Shown here: piece after piece, positions 50,409 to 61,835 of the stretch | Layout of the letters: each line of letters starts with the position of its first letter | Position numbering within the stretch: the stretch's first letter is position 1 | From: Candidatus Poribacteria bacterium | Lineage (GTDB): Bacteria > Poribacteria > WGA-4E > WGA-3G | Reading direction: 5' to 3' | DNA length: 64,000 nt | Assembly: GCA_963665235.2 (NCBI GenBank) | Contig: CAXXLX010000001.1 | Span: forward strand, 2,976,001 to 3,040,000 | The notes under the pieces: model-generated | What the model was told of the DNA's origin: nothing | Seen by the model: the letters and a program-made list of their open reading frames with translations, nothing else | Databases searched by the model: none | Translations under genes and position numbers: made by a program

Positions 50409-51761
50409 ATGCAACCTAACTTCATTATTTTTCTAACGGACGACCAGGGATACGGCGACCTTTCCTGTATGGGGGCAACCGATTTCAGAACACCACACCT
50501 CGACAGAATGGCAGCTGAAGGGGCCCGATTCACAGATTGGTACTCCAATTCGCCGGTCTGCTCCCCCTCACGCGCATCGCTACTGACAGGCCGATATCCG
50601 TGCCACGCAGGCGTTCGTTCTATCCTGGCGGGCCACCGCACTGCAACTGGGTTGCCACCCTCCGTTCCTACGCTTGCAACTGCACTTAAGGAGCTTGGGT
50701 ATTACACCGCAATGTCAGGAAAATGGCATCTCGGACTCGCAGAGGGGTCGCGCCCGGAACATCATGGATTTGATGATTGGTTCGGATTTATGGCAGGATG
50801 CATCGATTTCTTCTCTCATATCTTTTATTGGGCATTGGGACGACCCGATTTCGACCAAACGCACGACCTCTGGGAAAACGGCGAAGAAATTTACCGAAAT
50901 GGCGAATACTTTACAGAGCTGATTACCGAATATGCGGTCAGATATATCCGAAAAGCGGTTCAACTTGATAAACCATTTTTCCTTTATGTTCCTTACAATG
51001 CCCCACATTACCCGATGCATGCCCCACAGGAATATGTAGACAGATTTCCAAACCTACCTTGGGACAGGCAGATTATGGCCGCAATGCTCAGCGCAGTTGA
51101 CGATAGTGTCGGCGAAATTTTTGCTGAACTTCAACGACTCGGAGTTGCTGAAAACACCTTCTCCTACTTTCAGAGCGACAACGGCCCCTCGCGGGAAACA
51201 CGAAACTGGTTAGATGGCACACAAGACCCGTATTATGGCGGCAGTGCTGGTAAACTCAAAGGGCATAAATTCAGTCTCTATGAAGGCGGCATCCGTTCAC
51301 CCGGAATCATGCATTGGCCTAAAGAAATTCCACCTGGAAATGTCATAAGTGAATATGGTCTAGCAATGGATGTTTTTCCCACCTTTCTATCCGCTGCCGA
51401 TGCTGACCTTTCCAAATATCAACTTGATGGACTAAATTTATTACCGGTCGTATGTGATGGTCAATACACCCCGCACACCGATATTTTCTGGGAAATGGGC
51501 AAACAGACCGCAGTACGGCGAGGCAAATGGAAATTAGTGCTGAATGGTCAATTGGTAGAAGGCGCGCCCCCAGAAGACGATGTCCATCTCGCAAATCTCG
51601 AAACCGATATGGGGGAAACGAATAATCTAAAAGACCAACACCCCGAACTCACCGCTGAACTCACCGAAGCAGCGAAAACCTGGCGACAAGGGATTGAAGA
51701 ACATTGGGAAGCACATAAATCGGAACGAAACGGAACAACCGGCTATGTCAGGAGGTCGTAA
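50409..51761 (+). CDS. arylsulfatase-family sulfatase
   Basis: DDQGYGD, CSPSRASLLTG, GKWHLG, SDNG, LYEGGIR. Confidence 0.93.
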   Translation: MQPNFIIFLTDDQGYGDLSCMGATDFRTPHLDRMAAEGARFTDWYSNSPVCSPSRASLLTGRYPCHAGVRSILAGHRTATGLPPSVPTLATALKELGYYTAMSGKWHLGLAEGSRPEHHGFDDWFGFMAGCIDFFSHIFYWALGRPDFDQTHDLWENGEEIYRNGEYFTELITEYAVRYIRKAVQLDKPFFLYVPYNAPHYPMHAPQEYVDRFPNLPWDRQIMAAMLSAVDDSVGEIFAELQRLGVAENTFSYFQSDNGPSRETRNWLDGTQDPYYGGSAGKLKGHKFSLYEGGIRSPGIMHWPKEIPPGNVISEYGLAMDVFPTFLSAADADLSKYQLDGLNLLPVVCDGQYTPHTDIFWEMGKQTAVRRGKWKLVLNGQLVEGAPPEDDVHLANLETDMGETNNLKDQHPELTAELTEAAKTWRQGIEEHWEAHKSERNGTTGYVRRS

Positions 51762-51762
51762 A

Positions 51763-52512
51763 ATGCTAAACGATAACCAAGATGCCTATGGACACCTACT
51801 TTTAGATTATCATAACGGCACAGAAAACGTCGAAATTGTAGAGAGGGAAGATGGGTTTATCGGTATAAGTTCATTTGGCCCGGCAACCTATTTTGCGAAA
51901 CATGCAGATTGGGGTGAGCATCAAAGACTCGCAATAGAACACGCTGCAGGATGGGCATTAGATATTGGTTGCGGTGCAGGACGGCACTCTCTCTATCTTC
52001 AGGAACAGGGGTTTGAAGTATTAGGGGTGGATAACTCGCCATTAGCCATCCAAACCTGCCGAAGCCGGGGCCTCAAAAACGCGCTTGTCACACCTGTCAC
52101 ACAGTTAAGTTCCAAAACCGGGACCTTTGATACGATTCTCATGATGGGACACAACTTTGGACTCGTCGGCAGCTATAAAAGAGCAAAGTGGCTATTGAGA
52201 CGTTTCGCTGCTATGACAAGCGATACCGCGAAAATTATCGCGGAAACAATGGACCCGTATCAGACAGAAGCACCTCACCACTTAGCGTATCATCAATTTA
52301 ACCAAGCTCGAGGCCGAATGACCGGTCAACTGCGTCTACGTATCCGTTACCTAAAATACGCCACGCCGTGGTTTGATTTCCTTTTTGTTTCAAAGCCAGA
52401 AATGGAAAACATCCTTGATGGAACAGCATGGCGGGTTGAACACTATATTGACACTGTGACCACCCCCACTTATATTGCAATTTTAGGGAAACGTTCGCGT
52501 TCCAGAGACTAA
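51763..52512 (+). CDS. class I SAM-dependent methyltransferase
   Basis: LDIGCGAGRH, GVDNS, FDTIL. Confidence 0.9.
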   Translation: MLNDNQDAYGHLLLDYHNGTENVEIVEREDGFIGISSFGPATYFAKHADWGEHQRLAIEHAAGWALDIGCGAGRHSLYLQEQGFEVLGVDNSPLAIQTCRSRGLKNALVTPVTQLSSKTGTFDTILMMGHNFGLVGSYKRAKWLLRRFAAMTSDTAKIIAETMDPYQTEAPHHLAYHQFNQARGRMTGQLRLRIRYLKYATPWFDFLFVSKPEMENILDGTAWRVEHYIDTVTTPTYIAILGKRSRSRD

Positions 52513-52524
52513 ACGAGATATGCC

Positions 52525-53421
52525 ATGACACCTTTTAAGTTCGCCTTTATTACGGACACACATCTTTATCCAAATGCCCCCAAAAACTTTGCAAGTGGGC
52601 TTCAACAGCAAAAAAACAGTCTTGCCCTTTACAAAAAATTGATAGGGCAACTGAACGCATTTGACCCTGCATTCGTGATTCATGGCGGAGACATTGTGTG
52701 CGGCGGAAAAAGTTTCGATATGCCAGTAGACGAATATGAAGCAGCACTAGAGACCGCAAAACTACTGGGGGAACGCCTAAATGCCCCCTGCTATTATATA
52801 CCGGGCAACCATGATTTAGACCCTGAAACAGGCTCCAAAGCCGCCTATTTAGAGCAATTCGGCATAAACGGCATGGGGTCCGTCAGTTTCACCCACGAAA
52901 ACGTCCGGTTTATTCTGCTCGATGCACAAGAAGTTCCGGAAGACCTGACGCATGGATATGTCAGCACGAATCAACTTGCATGGGTCGAACGCGAATTAAA
53001 AAGAGCCGATGACTACGGTGAAGAAATCTTCATCTTCTCGCATCAACTCCCCTTTCCAAGCGTTGAATTTCAGGGAACCGGCTCCAGAATTGCCAACTCC
53101 GCAGAAATCCTCGAAATTGTCGCACCTTTTGAAAGACACATTTTAGCCTTTTTTTGTGGACATTTACATCTTAACCGTGTCTTCAGGGAACAGGGAATGT
53201 TATGCATCGTCACCTCCGGCATTATCTGCTACCCGATGATGTGGCGGCAGGTCTATGTATACCCCGACCGAGTTGATATAAAATCTGTCGCTGTTGACCT
53301 GCCAGAAGTCGTTGCTGAATCTGAAGCCGTCAGTCCAGATAACAATCTATATCTGTTAGGTCGGCCCAGAGACCAAGAATTTAGTATCCCACGGCGAAAT
53401 GAAGGAATTGTTAGGGAATGA
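52525..53421 (+). CDS. calcineurin-like metallophosphoesterase
   Basis: DTH, GGD, GNHD, SH, GHLH. Confidence 0.9.
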   Translation: MTPFKFAFITDTHLYPNAPKNFASGLQQQKNSLALYKKLIGQLNAFDPAFVIHGGDIVCGGKSFDMPVDEYEAALETAKLLGERLNAPCYYIPGNHDLDPETGSKAAYLEQFGINGMGSVSFTHENVRFILLDAQEVPEDLTHGYVSTNQLAWVERELKRADDYGEEIFIFSHQLPFPSVEFQGTGSRIANSAEILEIVAPFERHILAFFCGHLHLNRVFREQGMLCIVTSGIICYPMMWRQVYVYPDRVDIKSVAVDLPEVVAESEAVSPDNNLYLLGRPRDQEFSIPRRNEGIVRE

Positions 53422-54422
53422 TTAAAGTTCAAAACCTCTCAAAAAACTACGGCCCATTTAAGGCACTCAAAGATATCTCCTTTACCGTAGACACGGGGCA
53501 AATTGTCGGGTTTCTTGGGCCTAACGGGGCAGGTAAAACCACGACGATGCGAATCTTGACCTGCTTTATGCCCGCAAGCAGCGGAAAAGCCACAGTCGCA
53601 GGGTACGACGTTTTCAAAGAATCCCGCGAGGTACGCAAACGTATCGGATATCTGCCAGAAAACGTCCCGCTCTACCTGGAAATGACTGTCACAAAATACC
53701 TCTCTTACATGGCAAAGATACGAGATGTCCCCCGTAAACAGAACGCAGAACGGTTGGATAATGTTATTGAGGCATGCGGTTTAACCGAACGACGGCATCA
53801 GATTATTGGGCAATTGTCGCGCGGTTTCCGACAACGCGTCGGTTTAGCACAAGCACTCGTCCATGAACCGGAAGTCCTAATTCTGGATGAACCAACATCC
53901 GGATTAGACCCACGCCAAATTGTCGAAATCCGAGAGTTGATTAAACTGCTCGGCAAAGAGCGAACCATCCTTTTCAGCACACACATCCTTCCCGAAGCAA
54001 GCATGACGTGTGAACGACTACTGATTATCAGCCAGGGCAGGCTCGCCGGGGATGTTGAATTGTCCAACGGGCGCGCTGTATCTACACGAACCTTCGTAGA
54101 TGGTGACTCCTCGCTTGAACCCGCTACTTCGGAAGAAAACGCAGGCCCGATAAAAACACTCACTCTCGTGGTGGCAGACGGGCCCCCTGATGATATAGCG
54201 AATGCACTCAGCGGCCTCCCAGACGTGATTACGGTTGAACAAGCTGCTGACAGTGCTGATGACGCGGCGACATTTCACGTTCACTATACTTTGGAAAAGG
54301 ATATTCGGGCGATGCTGGCAAAAACTGTCGTCGCGCGTGGATGGAATCTATTGGAAATGCGTATCGACGAGATGAGTTTGGAGCGATTGTTCCTGTCCCT
54401 AACCTCCAAAACGCCTAGATAG
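53418..54422 (+). CDS. ABC-2-type transporter ATP-binding protein
   Basis: GPNGAGKTT, LSRGFRQR, LDEPT, STH. Confidence 0.93.
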   Translation: MIKVQNLSKNYGPFKALKDISFTVDTGQIVGFLGPNGAGKTTTMRILTCFMPASSGKATVAGYDVFKESREVRKRIGYLPENVPLYLEMTVTKYLSYMAKIRDVPRKQNAERLDNVIEACGLTERRHQIIGQLSRGFRQRVGLAQALVHEPEVLILDEPTSGLDPRQIVEIRELIKLLGKERTILFSTHILPEASMTCERLLIISQGRLAGDVELSNGRAVSTRTFVDGDSSLEPATSEENAGPIKTLTLVVADGPPDDIANALSGLPDVITVEQAADSADDAATFHVHYTLEKDIRAMLAKTVVARGWNLLEMRIDEMSLERLFLSLTSKTPR

Positions 54423-54482
54423 GGACGGTTCGCCAAGTAATAGGCATTCTCCGTATACCCTACATAAAAAAATCTTTTTCCC

Positions 54483-54601
54483 TTGACAAACTTTCGGTTT
54501 TTGTATAAAATAGAATCTGTGATAGACACCCAGCTAAAGAATCTATAAAGACTTTTGAGAAAAACATTTTTCCTTGACTTTTTTTCAAAATTTTGTATAA
54601 T
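54483..54601 (+). promoter_or_regulatory. two tandem sigma-70-type promoters
   Basis: TTGACA-N17-TAAAAT (54483-54511); TTGACT-N16-TATAAT (54574-54601). Confidence 0.55.
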
Positions 54602-55135
54602 TGTTAATGATTTCAAATTGTGACGGTCAACTTGTCCGGATACACCCTATTCTACAAGAAGCATCGAGGCTAATGTCTGCTTTAGACAAAACCCTAAGGG
54701 GGCGGTTTGTACCCATCGGTATCAGGACAGATGCTCAACGCCAACGAAAGGTGACAAAAATGCAAAATGCAAACACCGCTCGAAATATTAAGAGAATGTG
54801 TGCAATCCAGCTGAGCCAATCTGATAGTTGGTCTCTGCACCATCTCTTTGCATCTTCACCCGTCACACGTTTTATTAGCTTATCGTTAACCCCCCCCCTT
54901 AATAATTTAAACAATCGTAATAGTATATTAGATATCAACGGGTCAGTATTGAGAGTAGCTGCTGGCCTGTTTTTGTGCCTGCGCGTTCTCTTTCTTGTGA
55001 AGGAGGTTTCGTTGCGGGCTATTTTGTTTGCAGAAATCGGGATGGACGCATCCCGACAAAGCACTAACGCTACGTATCAAGGGACTTGTACTGTTTTGTC
55101 CCATCTACCTTAAGTTTTAAGAAAGGAGTTATTAC

Positions 55136-55957
55136 ATGAAAAAGCTGATAATAGCTGTAACTTTTACGCTCGGGTATCTCTTCGCGATAGTCGTTAGTCC
55201 AATGCTCGGGCACGCTGCTCCCCTCGGCGAAGTCGCAATCTTTACCGAACAAGCTGGTTGGATTGCACTAGACAAAGCCAAGGAGGAAGGTAAGGAATTG
55301 GCAGACCTACTCAAGAAACCCGCGAAGGTCGTCACACTCGGCGATCAGGAAATCGGAGAGTGGGCTGAAGAACGCATCGATAACGATATATCTGACATCA
55401 TTGTTACATTCGGTTGGTTTCCAACTACACTCTATAAACCCGGGAACGCTGAACCGGACGATTCTATTGCTGAAAAATTCCTTGAAGGCGGAAATGTCAT
55501 CCTCAATACTGCGGATTATATTTTCTATGTTACAGAAGGCGGCGGCGCAAACGGCGTGGCCGGCCTACAGAATATGATGGACCTCAATAATGTTGAGATG
55601 TGGTCGGACGGAACCGCTATCGCCCCGACAGAGGATGGCAAGAAATATACGCCCAGCCTCAGGAATTTTGTCTCAGCCCGGACCTTCAAAGCAGACCAAA
55701 TTGTAGATCCGTGGGAAGTTGAAGTGGTTTTCGGTGATAACGGTGCGGGGTTTCTGGATCCGGCCATTGTTCACGATACCGAAACTGGGGGCCGCATCGG
55801 AATTGCTTTTCAAGAACCCAATGTACCAACCCTCCCACGCGGTAAGGTCCTAGCCGAAATGATCGATAACTATCTCGCTGAAGTACTCGGGGCACACGCG
55901 GTCGACCCAAACGCCAAGGTCACCACAACCTGGGCGCAAATCAAATCAGATTTTTAA
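55136..55957 (+). CDS. secreted hypothetical protein (paralog A)
   Basis: RBS AAGGAG, signal peptide, tail AVDPNAKVTTTWAQIK. Confidence 0.85.
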   Translation: MKKLIIAVTFTLGYLFAIVVSPMLGHAAPLGEVAIFTEQAGWIALDKAKEEGKELADLLKKPAKVVTLGDQEIGEWAEERIDNDISDIIVTFGWFPTTLYKPGNAEPDDSIAEKFLEGGNVILNTADYIFYVTEGGGANGVAGLQNMMDLNNVEMWSDGTAIAPTEDGKKYTPSLRNFVSARTFKADQIVDPWEVEVVFGDNGAGFLDPAIVHDTETGGRIGIAFQEPNVPTLPRGKVLAEMIDNYLAEVLGAHAVDPNAKVTTTWAQIKSDF

Positions 55958-56049
55958 CTTGTAACTTTAGGGACGTACCGTTCGGTCCGTCCCTATAAAC
56001 CTACTATTCCAATAATATCATTGGACAAAATCTCAAAAAGGAGAAATTA

Positions 56050-56868
56050 ATGAACATTAGAAGTCTATTATTCTTATTGGCAATCCCCGTTGCCTTTACT
56101 TTCACGGCATCTAGCTGGGCAGCCCTCGGCGATGTCGCCATTTTCAGCGAAGCTGCCGGATGGATTTCAAAAGAGAATGCTGACATCCAGCGCGCTATTG
56201 TCTTTGATAATCTGCAAGACGCGGTCCCTGCTGTCGACGAGGTCGTCTATAAAACCGATGCAGAAATCGGACCCTGGGCAGAAGAACGTATCGACGATGG
56301 CATCGCAGACATCATTATTGTGTTCGGATGGTTCCCAACAACGCTTTACACCCCCGGAAATGCCCAACCTGATGATTCTATTGCCGAACGGTTCATCTAC
56401 GGCGGCAATGTTATCTTAAATTGTGCTGACTATATCTTCTATGTTACCGAAGGCGGCGGCGCAAACGGGGTAGCCGGCTTGCAGAATATTATCAATCTCA
56501 ACGTAGATATGTGGGGGGACGGAACGCAAATTACCCCAACTGACGTTGGAAAGGAATTTACACCCTCTCTTGTAGATTTTACCTCCGGACGACCGTTTAA
56601 AAGTGAGCAGATCGTTGATCCGTGGAGCGTTGAAGCCGCTTTTGGTGATAACGGAGCAGGATTTTTCGATCCCGGTATCATTAAACTCAACGACAGCAGC
56701 GGACGCGTCGGAATTTGCATGCAAGAACCCAATGTAGGCGACCTTCCCCGTGGACAGGTGCTTATTGAGATGATCGATTTTATCTCGCAACAAGCAGATA
56801 TAGCTACACCTGTTGAACCCGCAGGAAAAGCATCTACGACATGGGGACATCTCAAAGCTGTACGCTAA
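56050..56868 (+). CDS. secreted hypothetical protein (paralog B)
   Basis: shares FGWFPTTLY, ADYIFYVTEGGGANGVAGLQN with paralog A; tail PVEPAGKASTTWGHLK. Confidence 0.85.
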   Translation: MNIRSLLFLLAIPVAFTFTASSWAALGDVAIFSEAAGWISKENADIQRAIVFDNLQDAVPAVDEVVYKTDAEIGPWAEERIDDGIADIIIVFGWFPTTLYTPGNAQPDDSIAERFIYGGNVILNCADYIFYVTEGGGANGVAGLQNIINLNVDMWGDGTQITPTDVGKEFTPSLVDFTSGRPFKSEQIVDPWSVEAAFGDNGAGFFDPGIIKLNDSSGRVGICMQEPNVGDLPRGQVLIEMIDFISQQADIATPVEPAGKASTTWGHLKAVR

Positions 56869-56904
56869 AGTCAAAAACGTACCATAACCCAATTTTACAA
56901 AAAA

Positions 56905-56937
56905 GGGCATCTTCCGAAAGGCGGATGCTCTTTTTTT
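56905..56937 (+). terminator. intrinsic terminator
   Basis: GGGCATCTTCC-GAAA-GGCGGATGCTC followed by T7. Confidence 0.75.
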
Positions 56938-57030
56938 CTGCACCGAAGTGTGCTGTTCAAAAAATTGTTGATTTTTTAATAAATTTGTGATATAAAATCA
57001 GAAATATCTTTTTAAACGGAAGAAATACCT

Positions 57031-57996
57031 ATGAAACTCGTTACATTCAAACATCCTTCGTTAGATAATCCGCCTTTTACATCTGATGTCTCGGATGTCG
57101 GAGCGTGGATTGATGACCAAATTCTGGTGCTCTATGTAGGTGCACGAGATATGATTGAGCTTTTTGAACGTAATCTTATAGAAGAAGCATCAAAGCGGAT
57201 TGAGTCAATATTAAACTCACTTAAAAAAGGTAGGGATATGTCCGATATCGTTTTCCCAATTGAGGAGGTGCAGCTGCTCGCGCCATTTCCGAATCCAGTA
57301 AGTCTACGCGATTTCGGGGTCTTCAAAACCCACATGGATGCCGCCTCACGGATTACCGGCAAAGAGATATCCCCCGAGTGGTTCAAACTCCCTAACTATT
57401 ACCGCGGCAGCACTAGCCCAGCATCCATTGCTGGACATGGAGCCGTTGTGACATGGCCCAACTACACCGAAAAACTCGATTTTGAATTGGAATGGGGGGT
57501 TTACATCGGCAAAACCGGGAAAAATATCTCAATTGCAGAAGCCCCCGACTATATCGCTGGTTATACCATTTATAACGACATTAGCGCACGCGATATTCAA
57601 TTCCGACACATGACACTCTCACTCGGACCCGCCAAAGGGAAAGACTTTGATAATAGCAACATTATGGGACCGTGTCTCGTCACCCCAGATGAAATCGGTG
57701 ACCCCTACAACCTCAAAATGACTGCAAGGGTTAACGGTGAAGTGTGGGCGGAAGGCACTACATCCGATATGTATTACTCCTTCCCAGAAATGATTTCATT
57801 TATATCACAGTCAGAAACGCTTTTCCCCGGCGATTTTTTGGGCTCCGGCACCGTCGGAAACGGATGCGGATGGGAGCTTGACAGATGGATTCAACCGGGA
57901 GACGTAGTCGAACTTGAGGTTGAAAACATCGGCGTCCTCAGAAACCGTATCGGACAACCTGAAGAGAATCCAGCCGCTTGGAAGGAAAAGGTTTAA
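57031..57996 (+). CDS. fumarylacetoacetate hydrolase family protein
   Basis: DFELE, NDISARD, KGKDFD, GSGT. Confidence 0.92.
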   Translation: MKLVTFKHPSLDNPPFTSDVSDVGAWIDDQILVLYVGARDMIELFERNLIEEASKRIESILNSLKKGRDMSDIVFPIEEVQLLAPFPNPVSLRDFGVFKTHMDAASRITGKEISPEWFKLPNYYRGSTSPASIAGHGAVVTWPNYTEKLDFELEWGVYIGKTGKNISIAEAPDYIAGYTIYNDISARDIQFRHMTLSLGPAKGKDFDNSNIMGPCLVTPDEIGDPYNLKMTARVNGEVWAEGTTSDMYYSFPEMISFISQSETLFPGDFLGSGTVGNGCGWELDRWIQPGDVVELEVENIGVLRNRIGQPEENPAAWKEKV

Positions 57997-57998
57997 CC

Positions 57999-58748
57999 GT
58001 GCGACTTGAAAATAAAGTGGCCATTATCACTGGCGCAGCATCCGGTATCGGAAAAGCCACCGCCAAACTCTTTGCCCAACATGGCGCGAAGGTCGTTGTG
58101 GCAGATATTAATGAAGATGGTGGAAACCGCACCGTCGTTGACATTCAAGACAGCGGTGGCGACGCAATTTTTGTCCAAACCGACGTAACCATTGCTGATG
58201 ACACTGTGCGGATGGTTGAGGAAACCGTCAAAAGATACGGAAAATTAGATATCTTGTTCAACAATGCTGGAATTGCGATGCGGCTCCCCGTTGCCGATTT
58301 GCCCGAAGCCGACTGGCATCACTGTTTGGGGGTTAACCTCACCGGCGTTTATCTCTGCGCCAAGGCAGCAATTCCGCAGATGCAGAAAAACGGCGGCGGC
58401 TCCATCATCAACATGTCCTCCATTTACGGGCTTGTCGGCGCGGATGTTCGGGCCGCCTATGTTGCCTCCAAAGGGGGGGTAACCAACCTCACCCGTGGAA
58501 TGGCACTCGATTACGCGCGGGACAATATCCGCGTCAACTGTATATGTCCGGGTTTCGTTGAAACGCCTTTAGTTGCGGGGGTCGTCAAAACCCCGGCGGA
58601 ATATCAGAAACTTGCAGACAAACATCCGATGCGCCGCCTCGGGCAACCTGAAGAGATCGCTTATGGGGCATTATATCTTGCCTCTGATGAATCCGCATTC
58701 GTTACAGGCATTGCCCTACCGATTGATGGCGGCTATACGGCTGCCTAA
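57999..58748 (+). CDS. SDR family oxidoreductase
   Basis: TGAASGIG, NNAG, YVASK, DGG. Confidence 0.93.
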   Translation: MRLENKVAIITGAASGIGKATAKLFAQHGAKVVVADINEDGGNRTVVDIQDSGGDAIFVQTDVTIADDTVRMVEETVKRYGKLDILFNNAGIAMRLPVADLPEADWHHCLGVNLTGVYLCAKAAIPQMQKNGGGSIINMSSIYGLVGADVRAAYVASKGGVTNLTRGMALDYARDNIRVNCICPGFVETPLVAGVVKTPAEYQKLADKHPMRRLGQPEEIAYGALYLASDESAFVTGIALPIDGGYTAA

Positions 58749-58775
58749 ATCCATAGACGCGTGTGTGGTGTGGTG

Positions 58776-58850
58776 CGTAGGGGTGGGGTTTCCCCGCCCG
58801 ATGTGTTTCGTTATGAGGTGTGGTGTGTAGGGGCGGGGTTTCCCCGCCCG
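58776..58850. repeat. two GTAG-type REP-like palindromes
   Basis: GTAGGGG(T/C)GGGGTTTCCCCGCCC x2; related copies near 36283-36305 and 61836-61960. Confidence 0.7.
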
Positions 58851-59088
58851 ATTTGAAACTACTGAAAAAACCGTTGAAAAAGTTAGCGAATTTCGGGTAT
58901 AATATTAACGTGAGTTTGGAAAAAGTTTTCCTTAGTATACGGAAAGTGAATAGCAACACCTCGAGAACCGTTGATGGAACGCCCTACCAATGTAGATGCA
59001 ACGACTTAGCCGCGACGTTGTGTTGAAGTTGCTATGAGGAGAATCCCGACCTGCAACGTGCTGTCTATCGCCATTTTGGGAGAAATGT

Positions 59089-61801
59089 ATGAGAAAAATT
59101 TCCTATTGTGCCTTTCTCATCTTACTTATAAACAGCGCGTACCTATTCAGCTTCGGTGAACCGACACTCTTTTATATATTCAACGTCCTGTTCCACGTTG
59201 TACTCGGGACTGTTCTGATACTTCCGTTCAGCATCTATGTCTATCGGCAGGTCAGGTCCAGTTTTCACGGTGAGGGGAGCGAAACTCGACACCCCCGTGT
59301 GGTCGCTAATTTGGGAATTATCGGTATAATTATCGGTATCATCAGCGGCGTGTCCCTGATGATTGTTGGGGCGACAGCTCCCTATCGTTGGCTGCTCATT
59401 ACGCATATCGTCAGCATAAGTGCTGGTAGCCTTCTCTTCTGCATTTATCTATTGAGACATAGTACACGTCTGACCGCACCGCTGAGAAAGGTGACCATCG
59501 GTGTGCTAGTGTGTGTCCTGCTTTTCCCGATCGGCGCGAAACTTGGGCAACGTTTCCTGCCGAACCCGCAATATCTGGTCAAAAATCCGGCACTGCCACC
59601 AACTAGTATGTACGAGGAGGGCGGGGGCACAACCGGACACTTTTTCCCCGCAGCCGTTGAAACCGTAGCCGGGGACCTAATTCCAACTGACTTCTTTCTC
59701 ACGTCAGAGTCATGTGCAGCAAAAGGATGCCACCCGGACATCTATCGGCAATGGAACGAATCCGCACATCATTTCTCCTCTTTCAACAACCAGTGGTACC
59801 GAAAATCAATTATCTATATGCAGGAGGTCAACGGCATTCAACCCTCAAAATGGTGTGGCGGCTGCCACGACCCAGCGATTTTACTCAATGGCGTAATGGA
59901 TAGACCCATCCGAGAAAATATGCATACCCCCGCAGCACAGGCAGGGTTAGCATGCACCGCCTGCCACTCCATTGAAAACGTGAAGGATACCATGGGCAAC
60001 AGCGGATATATCATTAAATATCCACCGCTCCACAATATCGCCGCAAGTGACAATCGTATCCTCCGAAGTTTGCACAACTATCTCATCAAACTTGACCCGG
60101 AACCGCACAAAAAAAGCTTCCTCAAACCGTTCCATCGTAAAAACACTGCCGAGTTCTGTTCCACCTGTCATAAAGTGCATCTAGATGAACCGGTAAACAA
60201 TTTCCGATGGATCCGCGGCTTCAACGACTATGACCAGTGGCAAAAAAGTGGTGTCTCGCATCAAGGGGCGTTATCCTTCTATTATCCCGAAAAAGCAAAA
60301 AAGTGTACCGATTGTCACATGCCCCTTGTCGCCTCTAAAGATGCAGGAAATATCGATGGCAAAGTCCACAATCATCGGTTTCCGGCTGCGAACACGGCAC
60401 TCCCCTTTGTGAATCAACACCCGGAACAACTTAAGGTTGTCACACAGTTTTTGCAGGATGACGTGATAACCCTCGACCTATTTGCAGATGGCATGCCGAT
60501 TCCCAATAACGGCACACAAGTTCCACGCGGGGGAGATACCCGTATTGATGTTGTGGTCCGCACCCGCAATATCGGGCACCATTTTCCCACCGGAACGATT
60601 GACGCTTTTGACATCTGGTTGGAACTCAAAGCCACCGATGAAAACGGCAAAATCGTCTTTTGGAACGGCAGAATTGCTGCACCTGACCGAAACGGACCCG
60701 TCGACCCCAGCGCGCATTTTTACCGCAGTTATATGCTTGACGCACACGGAAACCTTATTAACAAACGAAACGCATGGGCACTCCGAACTGTACTCTATAC
60801 AAACACTATCCCCCCAGGAGCCGCCGACACCGTTCGATATCGATTAGAGATTCCCCCTGATTGCGGAGAAGTGCTCTCGCTTGAAGCAAAACTCAACCAT
60901 CGCAAATTCAACTGGTGGCATACACAGTGGGCTTATGCGGGAGTCCGAGACCCAGAGGATACAGATTTTCAGGTTGATAAAGGCTACGACGATGGAAAGT
61001 GGGTCTGGCAAGGCGATACCTCCGATGTAGCAGGAAAAATCAAAGCCATTCCAAACCTCCCGATTACCGTAATTGCCGCTGCCAAAACAACCTTGAAAGT
61101 TGTAGACGCACATCAGGTGCAATCTCAAAAAGTCGTCCCCACACCACCGTCGCCATCACAAGATACACGCGAACGTTGGAACGACTACGGCATTGGGCTC
61201 CTCCTCTCAAGGCGACCTCAGAGCCGCGCAGACCGCGTTCCTAAACGTGACCGAAATTGACCCGGACTATCTGGATGGATGGGTGAACGTAGCGAGATGC
61301 CGCATCAAAGCGGGAGATATGCAAGGGGCTGAAGCCATGCTCAAAAAGGCGTTTGACATCCAAAAAACATTGCCACCTGAAAACCCGCATCGAGGAAAGG
61401 TTCACTATTTCTATGCCCTTGTTCAAGAAGCTTACGGAAACTACGACGTAGCAATTCAACACCTCCAGCACGCCACGGCACAATTTCCACGCGACACACG
61501 GGTCCGCAATCAATTGGGACGCATGCACTTTCTAAAACGGGAATATGACACTGCTCTATCACAATTTCAGAAAACACTTGAGGTTGACCCGGAGGATTTA
61601 GATGCACATTACAACATGATGCGATGTTATCGTGCCTTGAAAAATATACCCATGGCAGCGACATCGCAAAAACTGTACCTACGATTCAAGGCAGACGAAT
61701 CTGTTGATGCGATTACCGGCATTCCTCGCCGCACAGACCCCAATGCCAACCGTGAACGTCAGCCAATTCATGAACACACCAACAGCTATTTGACTGATTG
61801 A
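59089..61801 (+). CDS. membrane-anchored multiheme cytochrome c with C-terminal TPRs; frameshifted near 61205
   Basis: N-terminal TM helices; CAAKGCH, CGGCH, CTACH, CSTCH, CTDCH; WNDYGIGLLL continues as QGDL.. TPR in another frame. Confidence 0.8.
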
Positions 61802-61835
61802 ATTCCGAAGCACCGCTATCACAGATTCAGTATTC

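Noticed and set aside
54601-55113. 170-aa ORF in the leader region
   Set aside because: TTG start overlapping the -10 box, no RBS, atypical composition
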